Shown piece after piece: positions 44,467 to 53,396 of a stretch of 64,000 nucleotides of DNA. Every line of letters starts with the position of its first letter. Within the stretch, counting starts at the first letter, position 1. Origin of the DNA: an uncultured Phycisphaeraceae bacterium. Its GTDB lineage: Bacteria > Planctomycetota > Phycisphaerae > Phycisphaerales > UBA1924. The stretch spans positions 6,754-70,753 of the forward strand of contig CAZHFW010000007.1 in assembly GCA_964531675.1 (NCBI GenBank). Direction: 5' to 3'. The position numbers and the translations under genes were made by a program. The notes under the pieces are model-generated. The model was not told where the DNA came from. It saw nothing but the letters and a program-made list of their open reading frames with translations, and searched no databases.

Positions 44467-45240
44467 ATGACGCTGATCGAACTTTGCGAACCGCTGATGC
44501 AGTTCATGTGCCGGGTGAACCGGTCGGCCCACAAGGGGCTGCCGATGGATCCTGCGCAGGTGCGGGCGGACGTGCGCCAGATGCTGCAGGAGATCGCGAC
44601 CAAGGCGCAGCGGGCGGGGATGAGCGAGAACTTCGAGAAGTCTCGCAAGGCGATCCACACGTTCATCGATGCGACGGTGATCGGTGTGGGGGGGCTGCTT
44701 GGCCAGCAGTGGAAGGCGATGAGGCTCGAGCCCGAGGGGGCGCTTCAGGACTTCTTCGCGCAGGTCGAGGCGGCCCTGGGCGATCCGACCGACGAGGCGA
44801 CGGACAGGCTGGCGGTGTATTACCACTGCATCGGCCTGGGCATGGCGGGCGCGACGACGGAGGACACCGAGTCGCTCCGGCGGATGATGGCCAAGATGCA
44901 GGCCAGGCTGCGCGGGCGGATGGATGTTGATCCGTCGGCGCGGATCTGTCCCGAGGCGTACGAGTGTCTGAACACCGCGAACCTGATCGAGCCGCCGGCG
45001 CGTTCGCTGGCCCCGATGGCGATCGCGCTGGTGGGGACGGTGGTGGTGCTCGCGGTGGCCAATGTGCTGTTCTTCCGCCATTCGTCGGCGGATCTGTCGA
45101 CGGCGCTGAAGGACATCGCGGGGACGACCTCGGTGCAGACGACCGGGCAGTCCGGGGCGGCCAAGGCCGAGCCGAACGCGGGGAAGCCCGCGGAACAGAA
45201 GAACGCGGAAGCGAACAAGCAGGCCGAGCAGGGCAAGTAA
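44467..45240 (+). CDS. tssL: DotU/TssL-family inner-membrane protein
   Basis: The layout is typical of DotU: a cytoplasmic helical domain (LIELCEPLMQFMCRV...KAIHTFIDATV...FFAQVEAALGDP...RLAVYYHCIGLGMAG...LRRMMAKMQARL) and then one TM (MAIALVGTVVVLAVANVLFF). There is no OmpA/peptidoglycan-binding extension. Confidence 0.75.
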   Translation: MTLIELCEPLMQFMCRVNRSAHKGLPMDPAQVRADVRQMLQEIATKAQRAGMSENFEKSRKAIHTFIDATVIGVGGLLGQQWKAMRLEPEGALQDFFAQVEAALGDPTDEATDRLAVYYHCIGLGMAGATTEDTESLRRMMAKMQARLRGRMDVDPSARICPEAYECLNTANLIEPPARSLAPMAIALVGTVVVLAVANVLFFRHSSADLSTALKDIAGTTSVQTTGQSGAAKAEPNAGKPAEQKNAEANKQAEQGK

Positions 45241-45247
45241 CCGGAGC

Positions 45248-48200
45248 ATGATGCCGATGGGCGACACGATGTCGAATATGAAGGGTCCGATCCGCTCGGC
45301 GCTGGTGGTGCTGGCGGTGATCGGTCTGCTGGCGGCGCTGACGCTCGCGGGGCTCCCCAAGGGCCTGATGATCGCGATCGCGGCGGGGATGCTGGTCGTT
45401 GGGCTCCTGATCCTGGGATGGCAGCTGGTGATCCAGATGGCCGACCGCGGGAAGTCGGGGCCCTTTGCCAAGCTGATCGCGGGGAGCGCCTCGGGCGGCC
45501 AGATCGCCGATCCGGCGATGAAGGCGCGCCTGGACGATCTGCGCAAGAAGTTCGAAGAGGGCATCGAGAAGTTCCGCGCCGCGGGGAAGAACCTGTACGC
45601 GATTCCGTGGTATCTGCTGGTGGGCGAGCCCGGTTCGGGGAAGAGCTTCCTGGTCCGCAAGGCGGGCAAGACGGGCAACTGGTTCCCCCCGGGGCTTCAG
45701 GACGAGCTTCAGGGCACCGGCGGCACGATCAACATGCACTGGTGGTTCACCAACTACGCGGTGGTGGTGGACACCGCGGGCAAGATGCTCATGCAGGAGG
45801 TCAAGCCCGGAGAGAACAGCGAGTGGCGCGAGTTCCTCAAGCTCCTCAAGCTCGCCAGGCCGAGCTGCCCGATCAACGGGCTTTTGCTCGTCATTCCCGC
45901 GGACACGCTGATCAAGGACCGGCCCGAGCAGATCGAGAAGAAGGCCGGAACGATCGCGCGGCAGCTTGACCTGATCCAGCGCACCCTCGACGTGCGCTTC
46001 CCGGTGTTCGTGATCATCACCAAGTGCGATCTGATCACGGGCTTCCGCGACTTCTTCGACGCGATCGACGATGCGACGGCGCAGCATCAGATCCTGGGGT
46101 GGAGCAATCCCGCGGAGCTGGACGCGACGTTCAATCCGGACGAAGTCGATCAGCACATGGCCGAGGTGCGCGACCGCCTGATGCGCCGCCGTGCGGGCAT
46201 GCTGCTGGACCCGGTGCACACCGAGAATCCCAAGGCGCGGCGTCTTGATCAGCTCGATTCGCTCTTTGCGCTCCCCGAGTCGCTGATGAAGCTCTCGCCG
46301 AGGCTGCGCCGGTATCTGGAGATGGTGTTCGTGGCGGGCGAGTGGTCGCCCAAGCCTCTGTTCCTGCGCGGGATCTATTTCACGTCGAGCGTGCAGGAAG
46401 GCAGCGAGCTCGACGAGATGCTGGCCGATGCGCTGGGCATCCCGATCGACGCGATCACGCCTCTGACGCCTGACGAGAAGGAAAAGGCGTTGTTCCTGCG
46501 GGACGTGTTCTCGCAGAAGATCTTCCGCGAGAAGGGGCTCGTGACCAGCGCCAGCAACGTCAAGCGGCAGCAGCGCCGCCGTCGGCTTGCGGTGCTCGCG
46601 GGCGCCGCGGTGACGACCGCGGTGTTCGTCGGTCTGACGTTCCTGGGCGCGACGCAGCTCTCCGGACGCATCGATGGCCCGCGCAAGTTCTGGCAGGACA
46701 TCGCGCGGCGGGCTTCGGGCGCCGAATCGGGGTCCAGGCTCGGACTGCTCGAGGGCTCTCCCAAGGGGCTGCTCTATCGCGGCGACAAGCAGGTCGAGCT
46801 GGTGGACTCCGGCAAGACCGTCAGGCTCGGCGAGCTTCCCAAGCAGACCCAGGAGGAGGCGGGCAAGAGCATCGCGATTCCCGCGGCGTTCAGGCCTCTC
46901 TCGGCGGTGCTCGGGGATGTGACGGGGAATCTGCGCTCCAGCGAACGTGCGGCGGCGCACGCGGCGCTGACGGTGAACAACGCGCTGATGCCCGCGGTGG
47001 ACGCGGCCCGCGCCAAGATGGCCGACCCGAATCTGGAGTGGGACGCCTTCGCCTCCGCGGCGCTGGCGGAACTGCTCAGGCTCGAGCGTGACGCGGCCCT
47101 GGCCAACGCCAAGGGCCTCCCGCTTCCCGAGCGGGCCAACGTCGTGGATCTCGACAGGCTCTACCGCTTCGTTCTCAGCGACGAGGAGTACGGCAAGTTC
47201 CTGCTCGACAAGGACTCGCTCCAGAAGGCTCTGGACTACGCGTTCGTCGCGGCGGACGGGCCTCGCCTGGCGTGGCCTCCCAGCGCTGTCGGCGCGGGGA
47301 CCGAGCCTGCGCGTCTGGCGATCGCGGCGGGTCTCAAGAGGCTCAATGACACCAACGGCGCGATGCGCACCGCGGTGAAGTATCCGCTTCTGGTCGAGCT
47401 GCGCGCGTCCCTTGAGGAGATGCGCGACGCCGAGTCGGCGCTGCTCAAGCTCGATGACAGCTACAAGGGCGAGGCGAGCGAACCCCGCACCAAGGCGACG
47501 TACCAAGAGACCGCGGCGGCGTGGTCGGCGGCGGTGGGCAAGGTCGCGCAGACGCGTGATCGCGTGCTCAAGGTCGTCGAGACGCTCGGCGGCGGGAACA
47601 TGGGCGGGATGAAGGACCTGTGCGCTCAGGCCCGCGATGAGCTCGCCAAGGCGGGCGAGTCGACCTATGAGACGATTCTGGCGCCCCTCAAGGAGGGCCA
47701 GGCGGCGTTGAACTCGTCGGGCGCGGGCGGGGCGATCATGGCCACGTTCAAGGTGCTCTCCAACGCGCAGGTCGAGCTTCCCAAGATGATCGCGTCGCGG
47801 ATCGACGAACTCGATCGCGCACTGGGCACGCTCGAGCCCGACTTCCTCGCCAAGCTTCAGGGTGATCAGACCAGGCTCTTTGACGCGCGGTACCGCATGT
47901 ACGCGCTGGCCAGCGAGCAGCTCAAGGAGATCGAGCAGGCCCAAGCGGATCCGCTGGCGGGCATTGATGCGGCCTCCGCGTCCATCGATCAGGCGGCCAA
48001 GGCCTCGGGACGCAACGCGCGGACCGATGAGGCGGCGGAGCTGGCGCGGTTTGCGCTGCGTCTGGCCCGCCGTGACCGGCTATATACGGCGATCAACGGT
48101 GCGCTGGCTTCGCTCCCGACGGGGGAGGATCAGACCACCAAGGCGATCGCGGAGCGTGCGAGCAAGCTCCGCAAGCTCGACCGGCCCACGATCGAGCTCA

Positions 48201-49624
48201 CGGCGCAGCCTGCGCAGTTTGCGGCGGAGTTCCATCCCGAGGCGGCCAAGGGCATCCTGGCGAACGTCGCGACGGCGCGGCAGCAGCTTGCGGGCTCGGG
48301 CGGCGCCAAGGTGCTGGAGGCGGAAGCGCTGAGCGCCAAGATGGGGGCGATCGTCCCCGGCGTGGAGGCCTACGCGAAGAAGTACGTCGCGTACTGGTCG
48401 GCCCAGGTCTTTGCCGAAGCCAGGCCGGTCGCGTTTGCGGATTGGGACAAGGCCCGTCGCGGCGTGAGCGGCGTGGGCGTTTTCCCGGTGAACGACGCGC
48501 TGTCCAGGCTTGGTGAGACCGCGGCCGAGGCGCTCAAGGCTCTGCCGGCGGGCTATCAGGCGTGCGCCGAGCGCGACGCCAGACTTCCGGAGATCGAGGC
48601 GGCGCGGAAGGCGCTGACCGCGGATCTCACGGGCGCGGTCCAGGATGCGATCGACAACGGCTGGAACAAGCTCCCCGCGGACGTGCGCGGCGCACGCGAC
48701 GCGATCGTCACGCTGACCGCGGAAGAGTTCGAGCGGCGCTATCTGCCGTCGTACGTGGAAGTCGCGCCCGGCGCTGCTTCCTACGGCACGGGGTACTGGG
48801 GCGCGGTGTTCCTGGAGGCCTTCAAGTCGCTCGCGGCGGGCGCCAACGCGTCGGCCAAAGACGCTCTGGAGCGTCTGAAGACCGCGACCAACAAGTTCCC
48901 GATCGTGCGCGACGCCAAGGACGTGTGCACGACCGAGGAGATCACCACCGCTTCGGACGATCTGGCGCTGCTCATCGGGCCCACGCCTCTGGCGGCCAGC
49001 GGCGAGCGCTCGATCCGTGCGGGCGACCGCTCCAAGCGATTCAGGCTCATCGACGAGCAGCTCGATCTGCTCACGGGCGAGAATGTTCTTGGTCCCGAGG
49101 TTCGCACGTGGGTGAAGAAGCTCACCCCGATGTTCGCGTACTTCACGGGCGATCAGCGCCTGCGGGTCGTGGAGGTTTCCATGCCCGACGCTTCGCAGAA
49201 GCGTGAAGCGCCGGCGCGGATGCCCGAACTTCTTCCGGGCGAGCAGCGGTTCAAGTTCGTGGAGCTCGCGCCGGGCCAGGGACGCGATGCCAAGGGACGC
49301 AAGCAGGCCGGGTTCACCGGGGCGGCGCTGGGGACCGCGGAGCTTGGCAGCTCCGGGCCTCTGTCGTTCCGCGTGTATCAGGGCGAGCGTGACAAGGCCG
49401 CTGCGGCGGAGGTCACGATCGGCGATGCGGGCGCCGCGGGCTGGGCGCCGTTGACGGTGACGTTCATGGAGGACGCGGTTCCGGGCGCTGACGCGAGGAC
49501 GTGGCTCGTGCCTCTGAAGATCGAGCAGAACAAGAAGCAGTACTACATGTGGGTGCAGCTGCGGTTCTCCCGCGAGCTTCCCCGCGTGGACGAGTGGCTG
49601 ACGGGATCCGCCTGGCCGAAGTGA
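45248..49624 (+). CDS. tssM: IcmF/TssM-family envelope-spanning NTPase (1458 aa)
   Basis: Two N-terminal TMs. LYAIPWYLLVGEPGSGKSFLVRKAG (Walker A), GTINMHWWFTNYAVVVDTAG (Walker B), W..FLKLLKLARPSCPINGLLLVIPAD and RFPVFVIITKCDLITGFRDFF are all hallmark IcmF N-domain motifs. A third TM (LAVLAGAAVTTAVFVGLTFLG) precedes an ectodomain of about 1000 aa. The start could be the ATG at 45257, which has better SD spacing. Confidence 0.8.
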   Translation: MMPMGDTMSNMKGPIRSALVVLAVIGLLAALTLAGLPKGLMIAIAAGMLVVGLLILGWQLVIQMADRGKSGPFAKLIAGSASGGQIADPAMKARLDDLRKKFEEGIEKFRAAGKNLYAIPWYLLVGEPGSGKSFLVRKAGKTGNWFPPGLQDELQGTGGTINMHWWFTNYAVVVDTAGKMLMQEVKPGENSEWREFLKLLKLARPSCPINGLLLVIPADTLIKDRPEQIEKKAGTIARQLDLIQRTLDVRFPVFVIITKCDLITGFRDFFDAIDDATAQHQILGWSNPAELDATFNPDEVDQHMAEVRDRLMRRRAGMLLDPVHTENPKARRLDQLDSLFALPESLMKLSPRLRRYLEMVFVAGEWSPKPLFLRGIYFTSSVQEGSELDEMLADALGIPIDAITPLTPDEKEKALFLRDVFSQKIFREKGLVTSASNVKRQQRRRRLAVLAGAAVTTAVFVGLTFLGATQLSGRIDGPRKFWQDIARRASGAESGSRLGLLEGSPKGLLYRGDKQVELVDSGKTVRLGELPKQTQEEAGKSIAIPAAFRPLSAVLGDVTGNLRSSERAAAHAALTVNNALMPAVDAARAKMADPNLEWDAFASAALAELLRLERDAALANAKGLPLPERANVVDLDRLYRFVLSDEEYGKFLLDKDSLQKALDYAFVAADGPRLAWPPSAVGAGTEPARLAIAAGLKRLNDTNGAMRTAVKYPLLVELRASLEEMRDAESALLKLDDSYKGEASEPRTKATYQETAAAWSAAVGKVAQTRDRVLKVVETLGGGNMGGMKDLCAQARDELAKAGESTYETILAPLKEGQAALNSSGAGGAIMATFKVLSNAQVELPKMIASRIDELDRALGTLEPDFLAKLQGDQTRLFDARYRMYALASEQLKEIEQAQADPLAGIDAASASIDQAAKASGRNARTDEAAELARFALRLARRDRLYTAINGALASLPTGEDQTTKAIAERASKLRKLDRPTIELTAQPAQFAAEFHPEAAKGILANVATARQQLAGSGGAKVLEAEALSAKMGAIVPGVEAYAKKYVAYWSAQVFAEARPVAFADWDKARRGVSGVGVFPVNDALSRLGETAAEALKALPAGYQACAERDARLPEIEAARKALTADLTGAVQDAIDNGWNKLPADVRGARDAIVTLTAEEFERRYLPSYVEVAPGAASYGTGYWGAVFLEAFKSLAAGANASAKDALERLKTATNKFPIVRDAKDVCTTEEITTASDDLALLIGPTPLAASGERSIRAGDRSKRFRLIDEQLDLLTGENVLGPEVRTWVKKLTPMFAYFTGDQRLRVVEVSMPDASQKREAPARMPELLPGEQRFKFVELAPGQGRDAKGRKQAGFTGAALGTAELGSSGPLSFRVYQGERDKAAAAEVTIGDAGAAGWAPLTVTFMEDAVPGADARTWLVPLKIEQNKKQYYMWVQLRFSRELPRVDEWLTGSAWPK

Positions 49625-49667
49625 GGCGCGACGAGGACCTGACACGCGAGCGGAAACAGCAGGACGC

Positions 49668-50879
49668 ATGGCACGCAAGTCCGACAAACCCCTGAGCCTC
49701 AACTTCGGCGCCTTCGGGAAGCACCCGGCGTGGGACGATCACATCGACGATCTGGGTCTGGAGACGGACCGGCTCGTGGAGGTGAGGCGTCGCCTGTACG
49801 CGGAGGGCATCTCCGCAAACGTGGACTCGGGCGCGTGGGACAAGCTTGAGGACGGCGCCAGGCTGCCGGTGTTCGAGCACTCGATCCTCTGGCTTTGGGG
49901 GGAAGAGGTCTGCTTCGGCAGGATCTGGTCGAGCCGGGACGCCAAGGGGCGCACGCAGTATCCGATGGCGCTGGTCGCGGAGGGTGTGGGCGTGGACCCC
50001 GCGTGGCTCGTGCGGACCGCGGGACCTCGGCTCGAGCGCGGGCGTTCGAGCTGTGCTGAGATTGGCGAGCAGGACAAGGTGCGCGAGGCGATCGATCAGA
50101 TCCGCGCGGACCTGCGTTCGGAGCTGGCAGCAGCGGGGGATCAGGCGGCGGATCGCTGGGAGCCCGATCCGTACCTGCTTGCGGCGATTGCGGATCGCTC
50201 TGAACTCGCGACGGATGGGCAGAAGGCCCTGGGCCTGGTCCGCCTGATGTACGAGATCGAGAAGGAGATGGACGAGTTCCGTCGTCCTGATTCCAAGAGC
50301 TGGCGGCGTTCCAGGCTCCTGACGGGTCGCCCGCGGCATATGCGTGTGCCGGGCTGGGGCGAGGCGGGCGCGTGCATGCTGACGTGGGGCGCGTTCCTGC
50401 GGACGCAGCTCGCGGAAGAAGCGCCGATCGTGCTGATCGCGCCGGTCAGGCCGGGCGGGCGATCCCTGGGCTGGGTCGATGTCCTGGTCGGAGAGCCCGG
50501 TCCCACGGAGTGGTTCTGCCTCCGCGCGGGCGTGCGGGCGCTGGCGCTGCACACCGAGATTCCGTACAAGATCGAGGGCGACTTCCAGGACCGGTGCAGG
50601 CTGCTCATGGAGGGCTGGAAGCGCGGCGAGCTTGGGTTTGAAGCGGCGACCGGCTCGACCACCCTGGAGAAGATCGCGGAGAAGGCTGCGTCGATCGCGC
50701 AGGAGACGGTGCTGCCCGGGCCTGAGAGCAAGGGCAAGCCTCGTTCCAACTCGATGCTGATCGTGGGTGTCGCGCTGGTCGTCGGCGCGGCGGCATTGAT
50801 CGTGCTTGCGCTGGTGGGATGTGCTGCGAGCAACAGATCGCAGTCGCCGGTGTCGCCAAGCGGGATGGTGACGCCATGA
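49668..50879 (+). CDS. tagF: TagF (DUF2094)-like protein with a C-terminal transmembrane anchor
   Basis: The N-terminus LNFGAFGKHPAWDDHIDDLG matches the TagF GxFGKxPxxxDF motif. The C-terminal MLIVGVALVVGAAALIVLALVG (about 50751-50831) is a predicted TM. The stop overlaps the tpsB ATG. Confidence 0.7.
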   Translation: MARKSDKPLSLNFGAFGKHPAWDDHIDDLGLETDRLVEVRRRLYAEGISANVDSGAWDKLEDGARLPVFEHSILWLWGEEVCFGRIWSSRDAKGRTQYPMALVAEGVGVDPAWLVRTAGPRLERGRSSCAEIGEQDKVREAIDQIRADLRSELAAAGDQAADRWEPDPYLLAAIADRSELATDGQKALGLVRLMYEIEKEMDEFRRPDSKSWRRSRLLTGRPRHMRVPGWGEAGACMLTWGAFLRTQLAEEAPIVLIAPVRPGGRSLGWVDVLVGEPGPTEWFCLRAGVRALALHTEIPYKIEGDFQDRCRLLMEGWKRGELGFEAATGSTTLEKIAEKAASIAQETVLPGPESKGKPRSNSMLIVGVALVVGAAALIVLALVGCAASNRSQSPVSPSGMVTP

Positions 50880-53248
50880 CGCACGCCTCGGTCGCGCGAC
50901 TGCTCCTGGCGGCGGCGCTCTTTGCGTCCGGCCGCTGTGCTCATGCGCAGGAGCAAGAGCAGCAGGAACAGCAGAAGCACGAGGAACAGGCGCAGCAGAA
51001 AGCCCAGGAACAGGCCCAAGAGCAGGCCCAAGAGCAGGCCAAACCACAGGCCCGGCCGGCGGATGCTGCGAAGGACAAGACGCCTCCGAAGAAGGATGAC
51101 GCCGAGCCTTCGCCCGATGACGAGCCCGAGCGGCCTGTGCCCAAGCTCGTGCGTGCGCCGGAGCCTCCGCCGCCGCCCGAGCCCTCGCGGCAGGCGGGAC
51201 CCGATGAAGTCGCGCCGGGCGATGAGGACGGCAATCCGTATCTGGTGTCGAAGCTCGTGCTCGAGTACGCGCAGGAGCATCCGGAGAATCCGCCGGTCGC
51301 GGAGCTTCTGAAGCTCCGGGTCGCGCTGACGGAGGTCCCCGAGGGGTACGTCGCTCCGCGGCGCGGCTGTCCGGTGGTGATCCGCACGATCGGCGAGCTC
51401 GGCAGCGCCGGCGCGGCGGGCAAGGCAGAGTTTCTCTACGGCAGCGCGCTCCGCGCCATCGGTCAGACCGTGGTGCGCGAGATGTCGCGGCGCGGGCTGA
51501 TCGTGGTGTTCGTCGAGCCTCACCCGGACGACATCGACGCGCTGAGCGAGACGCAGGACGATCTCAGGCTTCACCCGGACAAGGATCCGATGAGGCTGGT
51601 GGTGCGCCTGGGCGCTGTGAAGCAGATCCGCACGGTTGCGGCGGGTGATCGCAAGCTCAAGGGCGATCGCGTGAACAACCCGGCCCACGCGTTCATTCGT
51701 GAGCGTTCGCCGCTGCGCGAGCCGGCGGGCACCAAGCCCGAGCCCAGCAGGCCGATCCGCACGCCCGAGGAGATCCGCGAGGCGATCAAGGCGGCGGACC
51801 AGAAGCGCGCGGAGCCCAAGACCGACGATTCTCCACCTGCTGCGGAGAAGCCCCAGCCCACGCCCACCGAGGCCAAGCCCGCGGAGCCCAGCACGCCCAA
51901 GCCTGAAGCGGATTCAAGTCCGAACGCGGGACCGGCTGCGGAGGCGATCCCGGCGCGGGGCTCGCTGATCCGGCGTGACAAGCTCGACGACTTCGTCGCC
52001 AGGCTCAACCGGCACCCGGGGCGGCGTGTCGACGTGGCGGTTGCGCCCGCGGATGCGGACTCGCCCGGCGACGTGCTCGTGGACTATCTGGTCAACGAGA
52101 ACAACCCGTGGACGTTCTACAGCCAGCTCTCGAACACGGGCACCGAGAACACCGATCCCTGGCGCGAGCGGCTCGGTTTCTCGAACACGCAGCTCACGGG
52201 CCATGACGACATCCTCAGGCTCGACTTCATCACCGCGGGCTTCGAGGACACGATGGCGTTGATCGGCTCGTACGAGTTCCCGATCTTCTCCGACACGCTG
52301 CGTGGGCGGATGTATGGATCGGCGAGCAAGTACAAGGCCTCGGACGTGGGCCTGGGCGGCGAGAACTTCAAGGGCAAGGGCTGGACCGCGGGCTTCGAGG
52401 GCATCTGGAACTTCTACCAGCGTCGAGACTTCTTCCTCGATGCGGTGGTGGGCTTCCGGGCCCAGCGTGTGAACGTGCGGAACGAGGTGCTGTACACGTC
52501 GGGCGATGCGGTTTTCTTCCTGCCTTACTTCGGCGTGCGGGCCAATCGCGACACGGAGGCGTCGAGCTTCTGGGGTGCTGCGACGCTCGAGACGACCGTG
52601 GGCAATCCGAGTCCGGAAGAGGTTGCGAACCTTGGGCGTGCGGATGCGGATTCGAACTGGACGGTGCTCCAGTACGACACGGGCACGTCGTTCTATCTGG
52701 AGCCTCTGTTTGCGCCCAACGCGCGGACGACCGAAAGCGGCGCGACCTTGGCGCACGAGCTCGCGTTCAGCGCGCACGGCCAGTGGGCGTTCGGCAATCG
52801 TCTGATCCCCAACGCGGAGGACATCGCGGGCGGCATGTCCACGGTGCGCGGGTATCCCGAGTCGCTGGTGGCGGGCGACTCGACGCTGATCGGGACCGCC
52901 GAGTACCGGTTCCACCTGCCAAGGGCGATGGGTGTCGAGCCCGATCCGACCAAGACGCCATTGTTCGGTGCGCCGTTCCGGGCCAGGCCTCAGCAGGCGT
53001 ATGGGCAGGCCGACTGGGACCTGATCCTCAAGGGCTTCCTGGACGCGGCGCGGGTGGTGAACTCGGACCGCAAGGCCTTTGAATCGAACGAAACCCTGGT
53101 GGGCACGGGCGTGGGCGCGGAGCTCCAGCTCTGGCGCAACTTCAGCATGCGGGTGGACTGGGGTATCGCCCTGACGGAGGTCGAAGGAGGAGAGACCGTG
53201 ACCTCCGGCTCCAACCGCGTCCACTTCTCGATGACCCTGATGTTCTGA
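50876..53248 (+). CDS. ShlB/FhaC/HecB-family TpsB outer-membrane transporter (POTRA plus 16-strand barrel) with low-complexity insertions
   Basis: The ATG at 50876 opens the signal MTHASVARLLLAAALFASGRCAHA. POTRA-like segments are present. The barrel carries the conserved ...GGMSTVRGYPESLVAGDSTLIGTAEYRF... motif and ends in F. The start forms an ATGA overlap with the tagF stop. Confidence 0.8.
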   Translation: MTHASVARLLLAAALFASGRCAHAQEQEQQEQQKHEEQAQQKAQEQAQEQAQEQAKPQARPADAAKDKTPPKKDDAEPSPDDEPERPVPKLVRAPEPPPPPEPSRQAGPDEVAPGDEDGNPYLVSKLVLEYAQEHPENPPVAELLKLRVALTEVPEGYVAPRRGCPVVIRTIGELGSAGAAGKAEFLYGSALRAIGQTVVREMSRRGLIVVFVEPHPDDIDALSETQDDLRLHPDKDPMRLVVRLGAVKQIRTVAAGDRKLKGDRVNNPAHAFIRERSPLREPAGTKPEPSRPIRTPEEIREAIKAADQKRAEPKTDDSPPAAEKPQPTPTEAKPAEPSTPKPEADSSPNAGPAAEAIPARGSLIRRDKLDDFVARLNRHPGRRVDVAVAPADADSPGDVLVDYLVNENNPWTFYSQLSNTGTENTDPWRERLGFSNTQLTGHDDILRLDFITAGFEDTMALIGSYEFPIFSDTLRGRMYGSASKYKASDVGLGGENFKGKGWTAGFEGIWNFYQRRDFFLDAVVGFRAQRVNVRNEVLYTSGDAVFFLPYFGVRANRDTEASSFWGAATLETTVGNPSPEEVANLGRADADSNWTVLQYDTGTSFYLEPLFAPNARTTESGATLAHELAFSAHGQWAFGNRLIPNAEDIAGGMSTVRGYPESLVAGDSTLIGTAEYRFHLPRAMGVEPDPTKTPLFGAPFRARPQQAYGQADWDLILKGFLDAARVVNSDRKAFESNETLVGTGVGAELQLWRNFSMRVDWGIALTEVEGGETVTSGSNRVHFSMTLMF

Positions 53249-53396
53249 TGATGCACGATCCGGACAACTCCCGCGGGTTTGAGGCGGCTCTTCCGAGCGG
53301 CCTGAACGCATTTTCCGTGACTTTCGTGCGGTTGTATGGCACACTGCTGGGGACGGTCCTCGCGGGTGAACCCCTCACGCCCGGAGGAGCAGGCAC

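Noticed and set aside
40821-47944. Long minus-strand ORFs 40821..43991 (1056 aa) and 44663..47944 (1093 aa), and further ones at 48080..49702, 49464..51047, 50141..51688 and 51914..53344.
   Set aside because: They are Arg/Pro/His-rich, motif-free translations antisense to genes with clear kinase/FGE, TssL, TssM, TagF and TpsB signatures.
40197-53248. Calling this region a type VI secretion system gene cluster.
   Set aside because: Only TssL-, TssM- and TagF-like genes, plus a PpkA/TagR-like sensor, are present. I see no TssA/B/C/E/F/G/K, Hcp, VgrG, PAAR, ClpV or TssJ-like translation in any frame of the window. The block continues directly into tpsB and tpsA. I report it as an orphan membrane module linked to TPS, not as a T6SS.
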